DNA of 64,000 nucleotides from an uncultured archaeon (GCA_964458565.1 CAYWJO010000005.1:78200-142199); one strand, 5' to 3'; positions 1 to 10,571 are shown, counted from the first letter of the stretch. A program made the numbers and translations. The notes: generated by a model from the letters alone, not told the origin.

Positions 1-1026
1 GACTCCACCAACTGCAGCAGCATGAGCAAGAGACTCATTGATGCTCTTGTAAGAATCACTAAGTGTTGTATACTTACCTGGCATCGCAATAGTTATTGAT
101 TCAGCTGAATCATGGAATTTCTCAACAATATCTTCCCATTCTTTTGTTTGCGGAATTCCTTGTTCAAATCCAAAATGATCTACAATGATATCTCCAAGTC
201 CTTGTTGTTCAAAGGATAATGGTAATTTGTATATCACCTTAATATCCGGATTTGAAATCACTCTTTGCTTTGGAACATTACAGAATAAGGCTATCTTTTC
301 TCTTGCGGACTCATTTAATTGGCTTTCTGCTCTACATACTATAATGTCAGGTTGTAATCCCAATCCCTGTAAGGTTCGAACACTGTGTTGTGTGGGTTTA
401 GTCTTGAATTCTCCAACAGATTTCATATATGGTACCAAGGTTACATGTACAAATGCTACTCTATTATGTCCTAATTCACTAGCTAGTTGTCTTACTGCTT
501 CTTGAAAAGGCATAGCTTCGATATCACCAACAGTTCCTCCAATTTCTACAAGTAATACGTCAGGAACCGGGGGTTTGTTAACCACATCCCATATTCGTTT
601 CTTTATCTGATCTGTAACATGTGGAATGATTTGTACAGTTCTTCCTAGAAATGTCCCTTTTCTTTCTCCTAGGATGACAGAAACATAAATTTGTCCTGAT
701 GTGATATTTTGAGAAGGATGCACATCCATCCCTGTAAATCTCTCGTAAGTGCCAAAGTCCTGATCAATTTCAGATATTCTAAACTTGAAAGCACTTCCTG
801 GTTCAAATGCCCAAGTCTGGTCCGTGACAAAGACTTCACCATGTTCAACAGGATTCAGGGTACCAGGATCAATATTCAGATAAGGGTCAATTTTGACAAT
901 TCTTATACTCATTCCTCTGAATTGGAAAAGTTTTGCAATAGATGCAGTTGTAGCTCCCTTTCCAATACCAGAGAGGACACCACCTGTTACAAAAACAAAT
1001 CGAGTTTTGTTTTGGTCTTGGGTCAA
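1..1026 (-). CDS. pyrG: CTP synthase (3' part runs off the window)
   Basis: Not in ORF track. Reverse strand from TTG at 1026 reads MTQDQNKTRFVFVTGGVLSGIGKG...KIDPYLNIDPGTLNPVEHGEVFV..., later QIIPHVTD, EIGGTVGDIE and KTKPTQHSV. Confidence 0.95.
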   Translation of the reverse strand, partial: MTQDQNKTRFVFVTGGVLSGIGKGATTASIAKLFQFRGMSIRIVKIDPYLNIDPGTLNPVEHGEVFVTDQTWAFEPGSAFKFRISEIDQDFGTYERFTGMDVHPSQNITSGQIYVSVILGERKGTFLGRTVQIIPHVTDQIKKRIWDVVNKPPVPDVLLVEIGGTVGDIEAMPFQEAVRQLASELGHNRVAFVHVTLVPYMKSVGEFKTKPTQHSVRTLQGLGLQPDIIVCRAESQLNESAREKIALFCNVPKQRVISNPDIKVIYKLPLSFEQQGLGDIIVDHFGFEQGIPQTKEWEDIVEKFHDSAESITIAMPGKYTTLSDSYKSINESLAHAAAVGGV

Positions 1027-1123
1027 ATAACAAGCCTCTTACCTGAATTCTTTTTGCTTAATATATTTGGGCGAAAACAGTGAACCGTATAAAGAGTTTG
1101 TTCCAACTTTGAATTATATATAA

Positions 1124-1705
1124 CTATGATACGGGTTTTGCCAAGACTGCACTTTTCAATGCATTTTCAAACAGGTATTGAAAAGCTTCTAATACATTAA
1201 AACCGTCTTTCGCTATACTTCTGAAAACAGGAATAGATGTTGGTAGATTTAGGTAGGACCTGATTTGATTTTCCTGTACTGCACTTTCTAGATCTTGCTT
1301 ATTTAAACAGATAACTATTGGTAGTAACCTGTCTTGTTCCGAAATCATTGACATCAATTCATTCCAACTAGCTAGATTCTCATCAAGAAGTGTTTCCTGC
1401 GAATCAACCATAAAAACAACTCCATCAGCACCTACAAGGACAACTTCTCTTGTTGATCTGTAAAAATCTTGACCTGTGGCAGACCAGACATGAGCATTGA
1501 TAGTCCATCCATTTCCAAGATCGAATGGTATCGTTCCAAAATCACAGAACATAGTACGTCCTACAGTGTTTTCAATTGAAGTCAACTTGTCTGCGTAATC
1601 AAGACTTGAGAAGAGCCAGCGGATTGCAGTTGTTTTACCACTCATTGCTGGTCCAAAGAAGACTATCTTCAATCCCAAAGTTCTACTACCATAATCAATT
1701 ATCAT
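1124..1705 (-). CDS. MglA-type small GTPase
   Basis: G1 GPAMSGKT, MglA-like switch I RTMFCDF, atypical G3 SATGQ, G4 NKQD, G5 SIAK. Confidence 0.85.
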   Translation of the reverse strand: MIIDYGSRTLGLKIVFFGPAMSGKTTAIRWLFSSLDYADKLTSIENTVGRTMFCDFGTIPFDLGNGWTINAHVWSATGQDFYRSTREVVLVGADGVVFMVDSQETLLDENLASWNELMSMISEQDRLLPIVICLNKQDLESAVQENQIRSYLNLPTSIPVFRSIAKDGFNVLEAFQYLFENALKSAVLAKPVS

Positions 1706-1706
1706 T

Positions 1707-2627
1707 TTAACTACCCCACATACTATCTACCCAGGCTCCAAGTCCTGATAGGGTACCTCCCTTTACACAATCTGAGAAATCTTCATGCCATTCTGCCATG
1801 ATAAAACGAATCAAATCGGAAAGCTCACCACCCTCCCAACCAATCGCTTCATAGAGATTTCTCTCCGTTAATGATGTTGGTGCACCTAATTCCCTAGCAA
1901 GTCTTATTCTAGATAAGAGCATTACAGCTCTTCTGGCTGCATGAACATAGCTGCTTATTTCTTCGTCAAATACATCCTGTGTCAACTTGACAGATTCATC
2001 ATCCAATTCTAATACAGCGTTGATAATTTGTTCCGATACATTAACGCCTCTTAATGACTTTCGCAGAAGTCTTTTGATACGTTCCAAAGACTGTCGTTTT
2101 CTAGTAATGATTTTGGTTACAATCTTCTTCTCCAAGTCAAAGTTGGACGGGCTTGGTCTCATTAAGCTGAAGTTCATCACTGAAGGCGAATTCACTCTAA
2201 GAACTCCACAACTTTCTGAGCTAGATAATATCTTATTCAATATCCCTTGAAGATCCTCTTCTGTGACTTTGATACCAAGAATTCTGCTTTCCAGAGGAAT
2301 TGATTGAATCCATGCCGAGAAATTAGTTATCCGATCAAGAGCGAGTCTGAGGTTTGATGAGAGTCCACAAACAATAGTTCGATGCACTTCATAGTCATGT
2401 TTCTCTTCTTCCCAAACCGAAAACAACTCTTCCTGCGATGTAAAATCTCTCCAAAATACAAGTTTGTGTCGATGAGGACAAAGAAGTGTAAGACTCTCAG
2501 TCATATCATCAATCAATTCTACATCTTCACCAACTACAAAAATGGGTATCCTTCCTAAAATCGAATTGAGTAGTAATGGGAAATCATCACCCATCAACTC
2601 AATCATTGCTAGTATTGAATAAGTCAT
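1707..2627 (-). CDS. Putative DENN (folliculin C-terminal-like) domain protein
   Basis: N-terminal FPLLLNSILGRIPIFVVGEDVELIDDMTESLTLLCP fits the cDENN helix-strand-helix pattern; lies between Roadblock and GTPase genes. Confidence 0.55.
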   Translation of the reverse strand: MTYSILAMIELMGDDFPLLLNSILGRIPIFVVGEDVELIDDMTESLTLLCPHRHKLVFWRDFTSQEELFSVWEEEKHDYEVHRTIVCGLSSNLRLALDRITNFSAWIQSIPLESRILGIKVTEEDLQGILNKILSSSESCGVLRVNSPSVMNFSLMRPSPSNFDLEKKIVTKIITRKRQSLERIKRLLRKSLRGVNVSEQIINAVLELDDESVKLTQDVFDEEISSYVHAARRAVMLLSRIRLARELGAPTSLTERNLYEAIGWEGGELSDLIRFIMAEWHEDFSDCVKGGTLSGLGAWVDSMWGS

Positions 2628-3571
2628 GGCTCTCGCCTCGCTAGAAGAAGACTACCATCTGCTGCACCCGCAAGCAATAGCTCCTTTAGATCGTCTGGAA
2701 CTGCAGATTTAACAAGTGAAGCAGATTCCAAAACTCTTCTTATTTCACTGATATAATGTTTGAGTAGGAGTCTCATGAGACCTAGTTTTTGACTATTACG
2801 ATCAACCCAGAGGCTGAATACTCCGTTTGGCACAGCATAAATGAAATGACGATTACTTCCTGTTTCACAAAGAACAGTTTGAAGTGCACTATTTCTCAAT
2901 GTTCTGACAACTCTTTCCGAAGCATCATGAAGTGCAAAAGACATAGCAGCAAGTCTATCATTTGTGAATCTCTCTAATGAAACACGAACTCCTCCACTAA
3001 GCGAAAGGAATACAGAATGAATATTTGGAATACTATCATGTATCTGACGAAGTAAGGCTCTAAGAGTGAGTGCTTGAGACCGGTCAAGTGATATCAGAGA
3101 TCTTGTTACAGAATATTTTTTCCCTTGGCCTTCCGATACCGCAAAGCCTTCTAAGACCTGCTGTGTTTCATGCATACTGTATGAACGAAGGGGAGGAAGT
3201 CGACCATCTATGTGCTGCCTGAGAAGATAAACAAGGCGTGACAGACTATCTTTCATTTCAATAAACAAGGCTGCCAGATTTACCCTCGGTGCTGTGGTCA
3301 CTGTCAGAAAGTAATCTTGGTCATTTGGAAGGGCAGCAAGAAACACCTTCGAAGTTTCAGATTCCATAAGGAGGTATTTGAAATCGTTATGTATCAACTT
3401 TGCAACACCAAAAATAGCACAAGTAGATGACGCAACTGCAAACACTTCCTCTTTACTGAACCATACCCCCGCACTTGCAACGGGAAGTCCATCTTTTTGT
3501 ATCAAGACTACATTTTCAACACCTGCAATCATCTTGATACTCTGCAGTGTTTCATTCAATTCTTCTGTCAC
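2624..3571 (-). CDS. Tandem Roadblock/LC7 (MglB-like) domain protein
   Basis: Two repeats of the helix-GV..VVLI..DGL.VAS pattern (IAGVENVVLIQKDGLPVAS; IPNIHSVFLSLSGGVRVS), each ending in an NL/KLGL helix. Confidence 0.8.
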   Translation of the reverse strand: MTEELNETLQSIKMIAGVENVVLIQKDGLPVASAGVWFSKEEVFAVASSTCAIFGVAKLIHNDFKYLLMESETSKVFLAALPNDQDYFLTVTTAPRVNLAALFIEMKDSLSRLVYLLRQHIDGRLPPLRSYSMHETQQVLEGFAVSEGQGKKYSVTRSLISLDRSQALTLRALLRQIHDSIPNIHSVFLSLSGGVRVSLERFTNDRLAAMSFALHDASERVVRTLRNSALQTVLCETGSNRHFIYAVPNGVFSLWVDRNSQKLGLMRLLLKHYISEIRRVLESASLVKSAVPDDLKELLLAGAADGSLLLARREP

Positions 3572-3686
3572 TTTTCAGCCTCATGGATAATATGGTAAAT
3601 CCAAGATACTGTCTAAGAAGATGCTATTTAATCTCCACACAGTTTATCAAACACCACATACACGAAACTAAGAACACACAAACAGA

Positions 3687-5000
3687 TTACATATGAATTA
3701 ACGCTGCATCAGGAGCCTCTTGAAATATCTCTCGAGCTGCACGACCTACTTTAACTCTGAATCTATCAGATGTATATACCCGAATCACATCAAAATAACC
3801 TCTCATCATATTGGCAATATTCGAGTAGTCTGATAGATTATGAGAAACTTTTTTCCCTTCAATTATTTCGAATACTCTAATCTCCATTGGTTTGACCTGA
3901 TAGGGATTGTAGGGTACGGACGGAAGGGTTGGCACATCCACTATTACCTCCTCCGATGCAATACCCACAGTTTCAGCTATTTCAATTTGAATACTCTCTC
4001 TAACTTTTTTCTTGGTAAGAATCTTAGAAACAAACCTATCTTCGGTATGCAAGACTTTCTCAAATGCTGATTTGTAGAGAACTCTACTATCTAATAGATT
4101 AACAATACGTACTGCTTCTTTTGCCTCTTCGGACTCAGTTCGGTCAATTTGCCTTATTTGCGAAATCAATGAAACATCATCTAAGACTAGAAACTCATCC
4201 GGAGTGGAAAAGCTAGTAAGATTCAAGGTTTTATCTGCAGCATGCATTAGGTTTACGAGCATTACTTCGACACTTCTAACAGCTTTGTGATAATACACAT
4301 TCAAAAACATCTCATATCTTGCAACTAGAAAAGCTTCAAGAGCCCCTCTTGCTGCTAAATCAAATTCAAGAGTTTTTTCCTTAGATACATCCAAACTCCG
4401 TATCAATCGATGTATATCGACAAGTCCGTAGTTTACACCACAATAGAAAGAGTCCCGAATGAGATAATCCATCTTATCAGCATCTACCTGTCCGGCTACT
4501 ATCCCACTTATTACCCCATCAAAATTCTTTACTCGACGCCCCCGTACCAGATCAGCAATCCGCTTTTTTGATATCCCTCCTTTCTCCATTATATCTCCTA
4601 CTGCACTCTTCTTTATCATCCACTCTGTAACATCTTCATGATTCATACCACGATTCTCAATCAAAGCTTCTTCAAAGACATGACTGAATGGACCGTGACC
4701 TAAATCATGTAACAATCCTGCAATTCGTATGTCCTGTAATACATCATCTCCGAGTCCTAAAAGTGGCAAAAGCCTACTTCCAGTGAGACCGGCTAGATAC
4801 ATTGCACCAATACAATGACCGAATCTAGTATGCTCAGCTGTTGGATAAACAAAATGTCCTCCTGAGAGTTGTTTGATTCTACGTAGTCTCTGATATGGCT
4901 CAGAATCTATAATCCCCTTTTCAACTTCAGTCAATCCAATTAACCCATGAATGGGATCATTAATTTCCATTATGAAATCCAAATTACCACCTACTGTCAT
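3687..5000 (-). CDS. HD-domain phosphohydrolase (SAMHD1/dNTPase-like)
   Basis: DPIHG, QRLRRIKQL, HTRFGH, LLHDLGHGPFSHVFE, DADKMDYLIRDS. Confidence 0.9.
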   Translation of the reverse strand: MTVGGNLDFIMEINDPIHGLIGLTEVEKGIIDSEPYQRLRRIKQLSGGHFVYPTAEHTRFGHCIGAMYLAGLTGSRLLPLLGLGDDVLQDIRIAGLLHDLGHGPFSHVFEEALIENRGMNHEDVTEWMIKKSAVGDIMEKGGISKKRIADLVRGRRVKNFDGVISGIVAGQVDADKMDYLIRDSFYCGVNYGLVDIHRLIRSLDVSKEKTLEFDLAARGALEAFLVARYEMFLNVYYHKAVRSVEVMLVNLMHAADKTLNLTSFSTPDEFLVLDDVSLISQIRQIDRTESEEAKEAVRIVNLLDSRVLYKSAFEKVLHTEDRFVSKILTKKKVRESIQIEIAETVGIASEEVIVDVPTLPSVPYNPYQVKPMEIRVFEIIEGKKVSHNLSDYSNIANMMRGYFDVIRVYTSDRFRVKVGRAAREIFQEAPDAALIHM

Positions 5001-5740
5001 ATCTTAGGGTCAAACTGTCTTATCTCACGAATCATCACTTCTGCTGAACTAATTTGTGAAACACACAATGGAAGATGAATACTATCAGCAATTTTAACTG
5101 CCAAGGGGTCCAACTCTTTCACACCCTGAAGAATCACGACTGCCGGTTTTACTGCAACAGAGGTTCCCATCTGACTAGCTTTTATTGCTACCATCGGTGA
5201 TCGACCTGTAGACACATTTGTGAGTATTGCAGCTCTTTGTGTTGTACCACCATAGAGCCGTAACAATTGTTGTGGTGTAAGATTCACTATTGCTTTCACA
5301 CTATCTAAAACAGTATATCCATATATGTCACGTTCAAGCAGACTCTTATGAGTCAACACCTTACAATTCAGTTTTTCTACTAGTACTCTTGCGGGAACAG
5401 GAACTCCAAACTCCCTACTGTCGAGTATAGCTTCGGACCCAATTTCCGGAGATATTAGCTTTTCAAGAGCCATGACAACACGACTGCCACTGGCCGCATC
5501 CATGTCTATTAATCCCTCAACAAATCGTTTGATTGTATCAACACGTGGAGATTTACGTCTTCCACTTTCGTAATCACTTATTACAGAGGGAGATACATCC
5601 AGATGGTTTGCAAGAGTCTTTTGAGATATTTGAAATCTTTTCCGCCATCTCTTCATTACTCTACCCGGATCGTTTTCTGCTAAACAAATTTCGCCGGCCA
5701 TTGTTTCAGCAAGCCGTTGAAGCGACTCACTCCAATCCAT
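4997..5740 (-). CDS. XRE-HTH transcriptional regulator with C-terminal DRTGG-like domain (conserved archaeal family)
   Basis: MAGEI...PG..MKRWR..F.ISQ..LA..L.VSPSVISDYESGRRKSP; GYTVLDS, TGRSPMVAIK; start placed at ATG 5740 (ORF track starts at 5809). Confidence 0.85.
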   Translation of the reverse strand: MDWSESLQRLAETMAGEICLAENDPGRVMKRWRKRFQISQKTLANHLDVSPSVISDYESGRRKSPRVDTIKRFVEGLIDMDAASGSRVVMALEKLISPEIGSEAILDSREFGVPVPARVLVEKLNCKVLTHKSLLERDIYGYTVLDSVKAIVNLTPQQLLRLYGGTTQRAAILTNVSTGRSPMVAIKASQMGTSVAVKPAVVILQGVKELDPLAVKIADSIHLPLCVSQISSAEVMIREIRQFDPKI

Positions 5741-5901
5741 GAATATCATCTCGTGTCTGTAACAGATAAGACTTGCGTAAAAGTCGATATAGATTACGTC
5801 AAATACCAACTAAAACAGAGCCAATGATTCACGGATTCATCTGATATATCTACCGAAGGACTCAAAGAGATAATTGTTTACCAACACCTCAGGTTAATGA
5901 T

Positions 5902-6672
5902 ATGTTCTTCATTTTTATCGTTGGCATGGCCGGATCCGGAAAATCTCTCTTGACTGCATCACTTGAGAAGTGGTTAGTAGGATCTAATATGAGTGTTTCA
6001 GTTGTAAATATCGACCCCGGAGTTGAGAGCCCACCTTATACAAGTGATGTTGATATAAGAGAGTATGTAGACTATGGTGAAATAATGAAACAATATGGCC
6101 TTGGACCAAATGGCGCTCTTGTTGCTTCACTTGATATGGCACTAAACTATGTTACTGATATTCGAGAAGAAATCGCAGAAGAAAGCAGGGACTATGTGCT
6201 TGTTGATTGTCCAGGACAAATGGAATTATTCGCATATCGTAATTCTGGACCTCTTATGGTTTCAAGTCTGCATGGAACAGATTCTGCACTTTCCCTCTAT
6301 CTTATGGATTCTAACATTGCTAGGACTGCTACAGGTTATATTGCCTCACTCTTGTTAGGAATATCAATCAATATCCGCTTTGGACTACCCCAACTTAACG
6401 TCTTGAGTAAATCTGATATATTAACTCCTGAAGAACTAATCAAACTTGAAATGTGGTCCGATGAACCGTATACACTCGAAGAGGCTGTTGATGAGTCAAG
6501 TACGGGTCTAATACGCGAATACTCGAAATCAACCCTGGTGATGCTGGATCAAATGGGTGGTGGTACGAGTATCATCCCCGTATCAGCAAAACAGATGACC
6601 AACATCGACACGCTATATGGTGGAATTCAGAGAATTCTGGCTGGTGGCGAAGATTATCTTTCATTTGAGTAG
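5902..6672 (+). CDS. GPN-loop GTPase
   Basis: GMAGSGKS, NIDPG, YGLGPNGAL, DCPGQMELF, SKSD. Confidence 0.92.
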   Translation: MFFIFIVGMAGSGKSLLTASLEKWLVGSNMSVSVVNIDPGVESPPYTSDVDIREYVDYGEIMKQYGLGPNGALVASLDMALNYVTDIREEIAEESRDYVLVDCPGQMELFAYRNSGPLMVSSLHGTDSALSLYLMDSNIARTATGYIASLLLGISINIRFGLPQLNVLSKSDILTPEELIKLEMWSDEPYTLEEAVDESSTGLIREYSKSTLVMLDQMGGGTSIIPVSAKQMTNIDTLYGGIQRILAGGEDYLSFE

Positions 6673-6681
6673 GGGTCAAGT

Positions 6682-7710
6682 TTGAATCAATATTTTGTAC
6701 TCCTGTCAGGTGAAAGTACTGAGCTTGGTCTTGCTGAAATTGAGTCATTAGCTACACTGTTAGACTACCATATCACAATTAAACAAGTAGGCAGATTTCT
6801 CTTTTTGACTAGTGCTAAAGATCCCACGTCTTTTCTTTTAGATAGAGCCGCATTACTGAAACAAACAGGATCGATTTTAGCTATAAACCACATCTCTGAT
6901 GATAGCAGCGTCATCAATCTGACAGATATTTCTCAACACATAGAACCGGGACAAAGCTTCTCATTACAATCATTATCACTCATGAACAATCGAATGAAGA
7001 ATTATAGAGCGACTTTAATCCAAGAACTTGGAGGCAAAATAAAAGCCATCACAGGAAGTCCTGTTTCACTGGAAAAACCGGATATAACATTTTCAGTTTT
7101 TTTACTAGATGAAAAAATAATATTCTGCAAATCTATCCAATCTAAAATGAACAGTATTTTAAAGAATCGCAATCCAGCCAAAAAAAGGTTCTTTCATCCT
7201 TCTATGATGAATGCAAAACTAGCTCGGATAATGTGCAATCTTTCGGGACTAAAGGTCAATGATACAATTCTTGATCCATTCTGTGGAGGAGCAGGTATCC
7301 TATCCGAGGCAATGGCAATTGGTGCAAAAGGTATAGGAATAGACCTGGACTGGGCTCTCCTAAAAGGTGCATACACCAATTTATCCAACCTTTACAACAA
7401 AGACTTCACCCTTTTACAAAGTGATGCAAGACTACTATCTTTTGATAGATATATTATAGATGCAATTGTAACTGATCCCCCTTATGGACGAACAAGTTCA
7501 ACGAGAGGCGCTCAGTCTCCTTCTCTTATTCAAGAAACTCTTAGTCTGGCTAGCAATATATTGAACAAATCAGGACGATTGTGTATCAGTGGTAGTTTAG
7601 AAATGAACATACCAGACATTGTAAAGGAAAGTGGTTTCAAAATACTCCGCTGTAATAAAATCTATGTTCATAGTAGTCTGACACGAGAAATAGTGACTGC
7701 AACGATTTAA
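6682..7710 (+). CDS. THUMP-domain tRNA (guanine-10-N2) methyltransferase, Trm11-like
   Basis: RFFHPSMM.AKLAR..CNL, LDPFCGGAG, TDPPYGR. Confidence 0.85.
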   Translation: MNQYFVLLSGESTELGLAEIESLATLLDYHITIKQVGRFLFLTSAKDPTSFLLDRAALLKQTGSILAINHISDDSSVINLTDISQHIEPGQSFSLQSLSLMNNRMKNYRATLIQELGGKIKAITGSPVSLEKPDITFSVFLLDEKIIFCKSIQSKMNSILKNRNPAKKRFFHPSMMNAKLARIMCNLSGLKVNDTILDPFCGGAGILSEAMAIGAKGIGIDLDWALLKGAYTNLSNLYNKDFTLLQSDARLLSFDRYIIDAIVTDPPYGRTSSTRGAQSPSLIQETLSLASNILNKSGRLCISGSLEMNIPDIVKESGFKILRCNKIYVHSSLTREIVTATI

Positions 7711-8132
7711 TCCAATACTACTTTTCCATTTCTTGTTGGTGGTGTAAACCATCTTTTGAACTGCTCGAAATCGTCGTCATTTTTGGAATCAATCTGCATC
7801 TCGATAAATCCCAGAGGTGGATTTTCTTCTGAATCATCCATCAAACGCAATCTACTTACATATGCAACCTGTTTATCAAATCGAATAATAGTATTAGCCC
7901 CATTCCAGTTCTTTTCTAATCTTGACCGAACTGCATCGATAATCCTAGTATTATGAATCATTTGTTTCAGTTGTTCAAGAGAGGTTCTATCTTTTATTTT
8001 GAGTGTCAATTCAGTACCAACATCAAGAAGTCGTTCTTCAATCGAACTTTCTGGAAAGAGATTCAATAATGCCCTCTCGACTCTTTCAGGATCTTCCGTT
8101 GGATTAACTATACATCGAATATAACCAATCAT
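7707..8132 (-). CDS. UPF0201/DUF54 RNA-binding protein
   Basis: VNPTEDPERVERALLNLFP, IIDAVR, DKQVAY, PLG.I; start placed at ATG 8132. Confidence 0.8.
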   Translation of the reverse strand: MIGYIRCIVNPTEDPERVERALLNLFPESSIEERLLDVGTELTLKIKDRTSLEQLKQMIHNTRIIDAVRSRLEKNWNGANTIIRFDKQVAYVSRLRLMDDSEENPPLGFIEMQIDSKNDDDFEQFKRWFTPPTRNGKVVLD

Positions 8133-8133
8133 T

Positions 8134-8673
8134 CTAAAGAACTCTCTCAACAACTTCTCTAGAGGCTTCCCTGAACTCTTCAAGTGTTCTCTCATTCACA
8201 ATCATCAGGTTGCTTAGTGCAATTACCCCTCCAAGTCCAACTGAGAGCTCGCGCAAGTCTCTTTCTTTGAAAGACAACCAATCTATAGGGGCATCTTTTC
8301 GTCCGCGATCCTGAAGTCTATCAAACCTTGTGGCTGGTGAAGAATGTACTCCAATAATAATCAATTCATCGGCATAATCATCGAAAACATCTACTTCATC
8401 AATGCTCCGACAGCCTTCAATCACAATTACCATCGAGTCTATTTTCTTAAGTTTCTGTACACAATGTTTTGCTATGGCACCCAATCCATCAATTTCTCTT
8501 AGCTCAAGCATAATCTTTTTGGTGTTTTCTGGATTTGGATCCAAGCCTCTTTTTATCGCTTCTTCTCGTACTACATTTCCCATTACGATTACTGGCATTC
8601 CTACAGCTTTGAATGCATCTGCAATCTCACTTTTTCCTGCTCCAGGCATACCTGTTATGATTACAAGTTTCAC
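8134..8673 (-). CDS. UPF0200 nucleotide kinase (dephospho-CoA kinase-like)
   Basis: ITGMPGAGKS, MG.VVREE, EG.RS..EV, RF.RL..RGR.D, ERD.REL..G. Confidence 0.85.
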   Translation of the reverse strand: MKLVIITGMPGAGKSEIADAFKAVGMPVIVMGNVVREEAIKRGLDPNPENTKKIMLELREIDGLGAIAKHCVQKLKKIDSMVIVIEGCRSIDEVDVFDDYADELIIIGVHSSPATRFDRLQDRGRKDAPIDWLSFKERDLRELSVGLGGVIALSNLMIVNERTLEEFREASREVVERVL

Positions 8674-8742
8674 CGGATGCTTCTCTCCTTATTTGTTAGT
8701 AATCCAATTGGAATGCAACTTTACCTTTGTGGTATCCTATCA

Positions 8743-9900
8743 TTATACCATATAATCAGGAGTCTTCCTAGTATCCTTCCCTAAAATTTCCATGATGCAT
8801 TCATCGTCTATTTCACTTCGGGCTTCTGTAATTGCCACATGAAGAGCCTCTTTCAATACACGATCACGTAGGTCTCTGCCAGAATATCCTTCGGTCATCA
8901 TAACAATTTTATCGATGCTTGCTCGAAGCGGTATAGGCAATTTTGCTGAGTAGAACTTCAAAATTTCTCGACGTTCTTCTTTACTTGGTAATGGGAATTC
9001 GAACAACGTATCAAATCTAGAGCGTATTGCTGAATCAATCATTTGCCCTGCATTAGTAGCTCCGATTACAACAACACCTGATTCATCATCTGTTCGATCA
9101 AGTTCACTTAACAGAGCCGTTACAACTTCAGAAACATCCCCTCTAATTGATTGAAATGAACGCGTCAAACCAATAGCATCTAGCTCATCAATGAAGATTA
9201 TACTGGGAGCTTCTCTTCTAGCATCTTCAAAAAGTGCACTTATTCTTCTCCCTCCATCACCAACATGCACACCGATTAAATCCGATGCCTTAACCAAGAA
9301 TATATTTGCATCAGCCTCACTGGCCAATGCTCTAGCAGTCATAGTCTTCCCCGTACCTGGTGGGCCATGGAATAGTACAGCACGTGGTGCCCATTCACCA
9401 AAAACCGACGGGTCCATGAGATATTTTAGTATTAATCTGCATTTCCTAATTACAGACTCATGTCCAACAATATCACTGAATCTTACTTTCTTGCCAATGT
9501 GCCTTCTTGAAGATATATCAGCATTGAGTATGATTTTAGAATCAAACGTAATCACCGAATCTTGAGGTTGTACATCCAAAACTTGGAATGCATAATCTGG
9601 CATGACATACTTGTCAAAAAGGTACATTCCCTTCTTGACGACAGTCCCCATCCACTGCTCTCTAGCATAGTCCTCGAATAATTCCACATTGTCTGTTTCA
9701 ACACCTATTGTTTGGGGGTCTCCTTTGGTTCGAAACGGAAATGATGCGCCTCTTAAGACAACTAATTCTGCGGCAGGAACTTCAAGGCCACGGTGGCGTG
9801 ATTTCTTCTTGGATGTTTCTTTTGTGCCAGTTGGAAGATCAACTCCAGAATCTTTACGTTTAGTCAACTCGAATAGTTCCACCAAACTCTCGACAGACAA
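8743..9900 (-). CDS. AAA+ ATPase (archaeal single-ring family)
   Basis: FGEWAPRAVLFHGPPGTGKT, IFIDELDAI, IGATN, AIRSRF, SGRDL. Confidence 0.9.
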   Translation of the reverse strand: MSVESLVELFELTKRKDSGVDLPTGTKETSKKKSRHRGLEVPAAELVVLRGASFPFRTKGDPQTIGVETDNVELFEDYAREQWMGTVVKKGMYLFDKYVMPDYAFQVLDVQPQDSVITFDSKIILNADISSRRHIGKKVRFSDIVGHESVIRKCRLILKYLMDPSVFGEWAPRAVLFHGPPGTGKTMTARALASEADANIFLVKASDLIGVHVGDGGRRISALFEDARREAPSIIFIDELDAIGLTRSFQSIRGDVSEVVTALLSELDRTDDESGVVVIGATNAGQMIDSAIRSRFDTLFEFPLPSKEERREILKFYSAKLPIPLRASIDKIVMMTEGYSGRDLRDRVLKEALHVAITEARSEIDDECIMEILGKDTRKTPDYMV

Positions 9901-9978
9901 TCTGCCTTTAAGCCTATACTTTGAACCAACAATCGTCAGGATAATATTGTCAAAGATATAGGATAGGTCGAGGTTATC

Positions 9979-10548
9979 ATGGTGAGTGAAATGATACGTG
10001 TGTTTCTTAGTGTAGATATAGAAGACGAAAATCTCATTTCAAGAATCAAGGAGATTCAGAATCTTTTGGATCAAGATGCTGCAAAAATGAAACTGGTCGA
10101 GGAAGAGAATATCCACTTCACTTGGCGTTTCTTTGGTGATACTTCATTGGATGCAGTCGATTCAATACGTAAAGAACTAAGTAAACTTGACTTTTCTTCC
10201 TTCTCTATTAGCATCTCAGGTGTATCGGCTTTCCCAAAAATCAGTCGTCCAAGAGTAGTCTGGATTGGAGTAGATGAAAATGCAGAATTAATGATCAAAC
10301 TGAAGAGAGAAACTGACAGACTTATCTCAGTACTGGGATATCGCCCAGAAAAAAAGGAATTCACACCTCATGCTACAATTGCAAGAATCCGCGCAATAAG
10401 GGACAGTGATGCAATTGTCCGTAATCTTGAGGAATTAGCTAACGAATATGTTGGAAATATGAAAATCAAGTCCATAAGTATGACCAAAAGCATACTCACA
10501 TCATCAGGTGCGATTTATGAAACACTTTGGAGAATTCCTCTGAGCTAG
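9979..10548 (+). CDS. thpR: RNA 2',3'-cyclic phosphodiesterase (2H family)
   Basis: Two HxT motifs (NIHFTWRFFG, FTPHATIAR), PRVVWIG. Confidence 0.9.
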   Translation: MVSEMIRVFLSVDIEDENLISRIKEIQNLLDQDAAKMKLVEEENIHFTWRFFGDTSLDAVDSIRKELSKLDFSSFSISISGVSAFPKISRPRVVWIGVDENAELMIKLKRETDRLISVLGYRPEKKEFTPHATIARIRAIRDSDAIVRNLEELANEYVGNMKIKSISMTKSILTSSGAIYETLWRIPLS

Positions 10549-10571
10549 TTCCATATCATAACATAATAATG

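Noticed and set aside
185-1083. Plus-strand ORFs 185-505 and 709-1083
   Set aside because: Antisense shadows of pyrG
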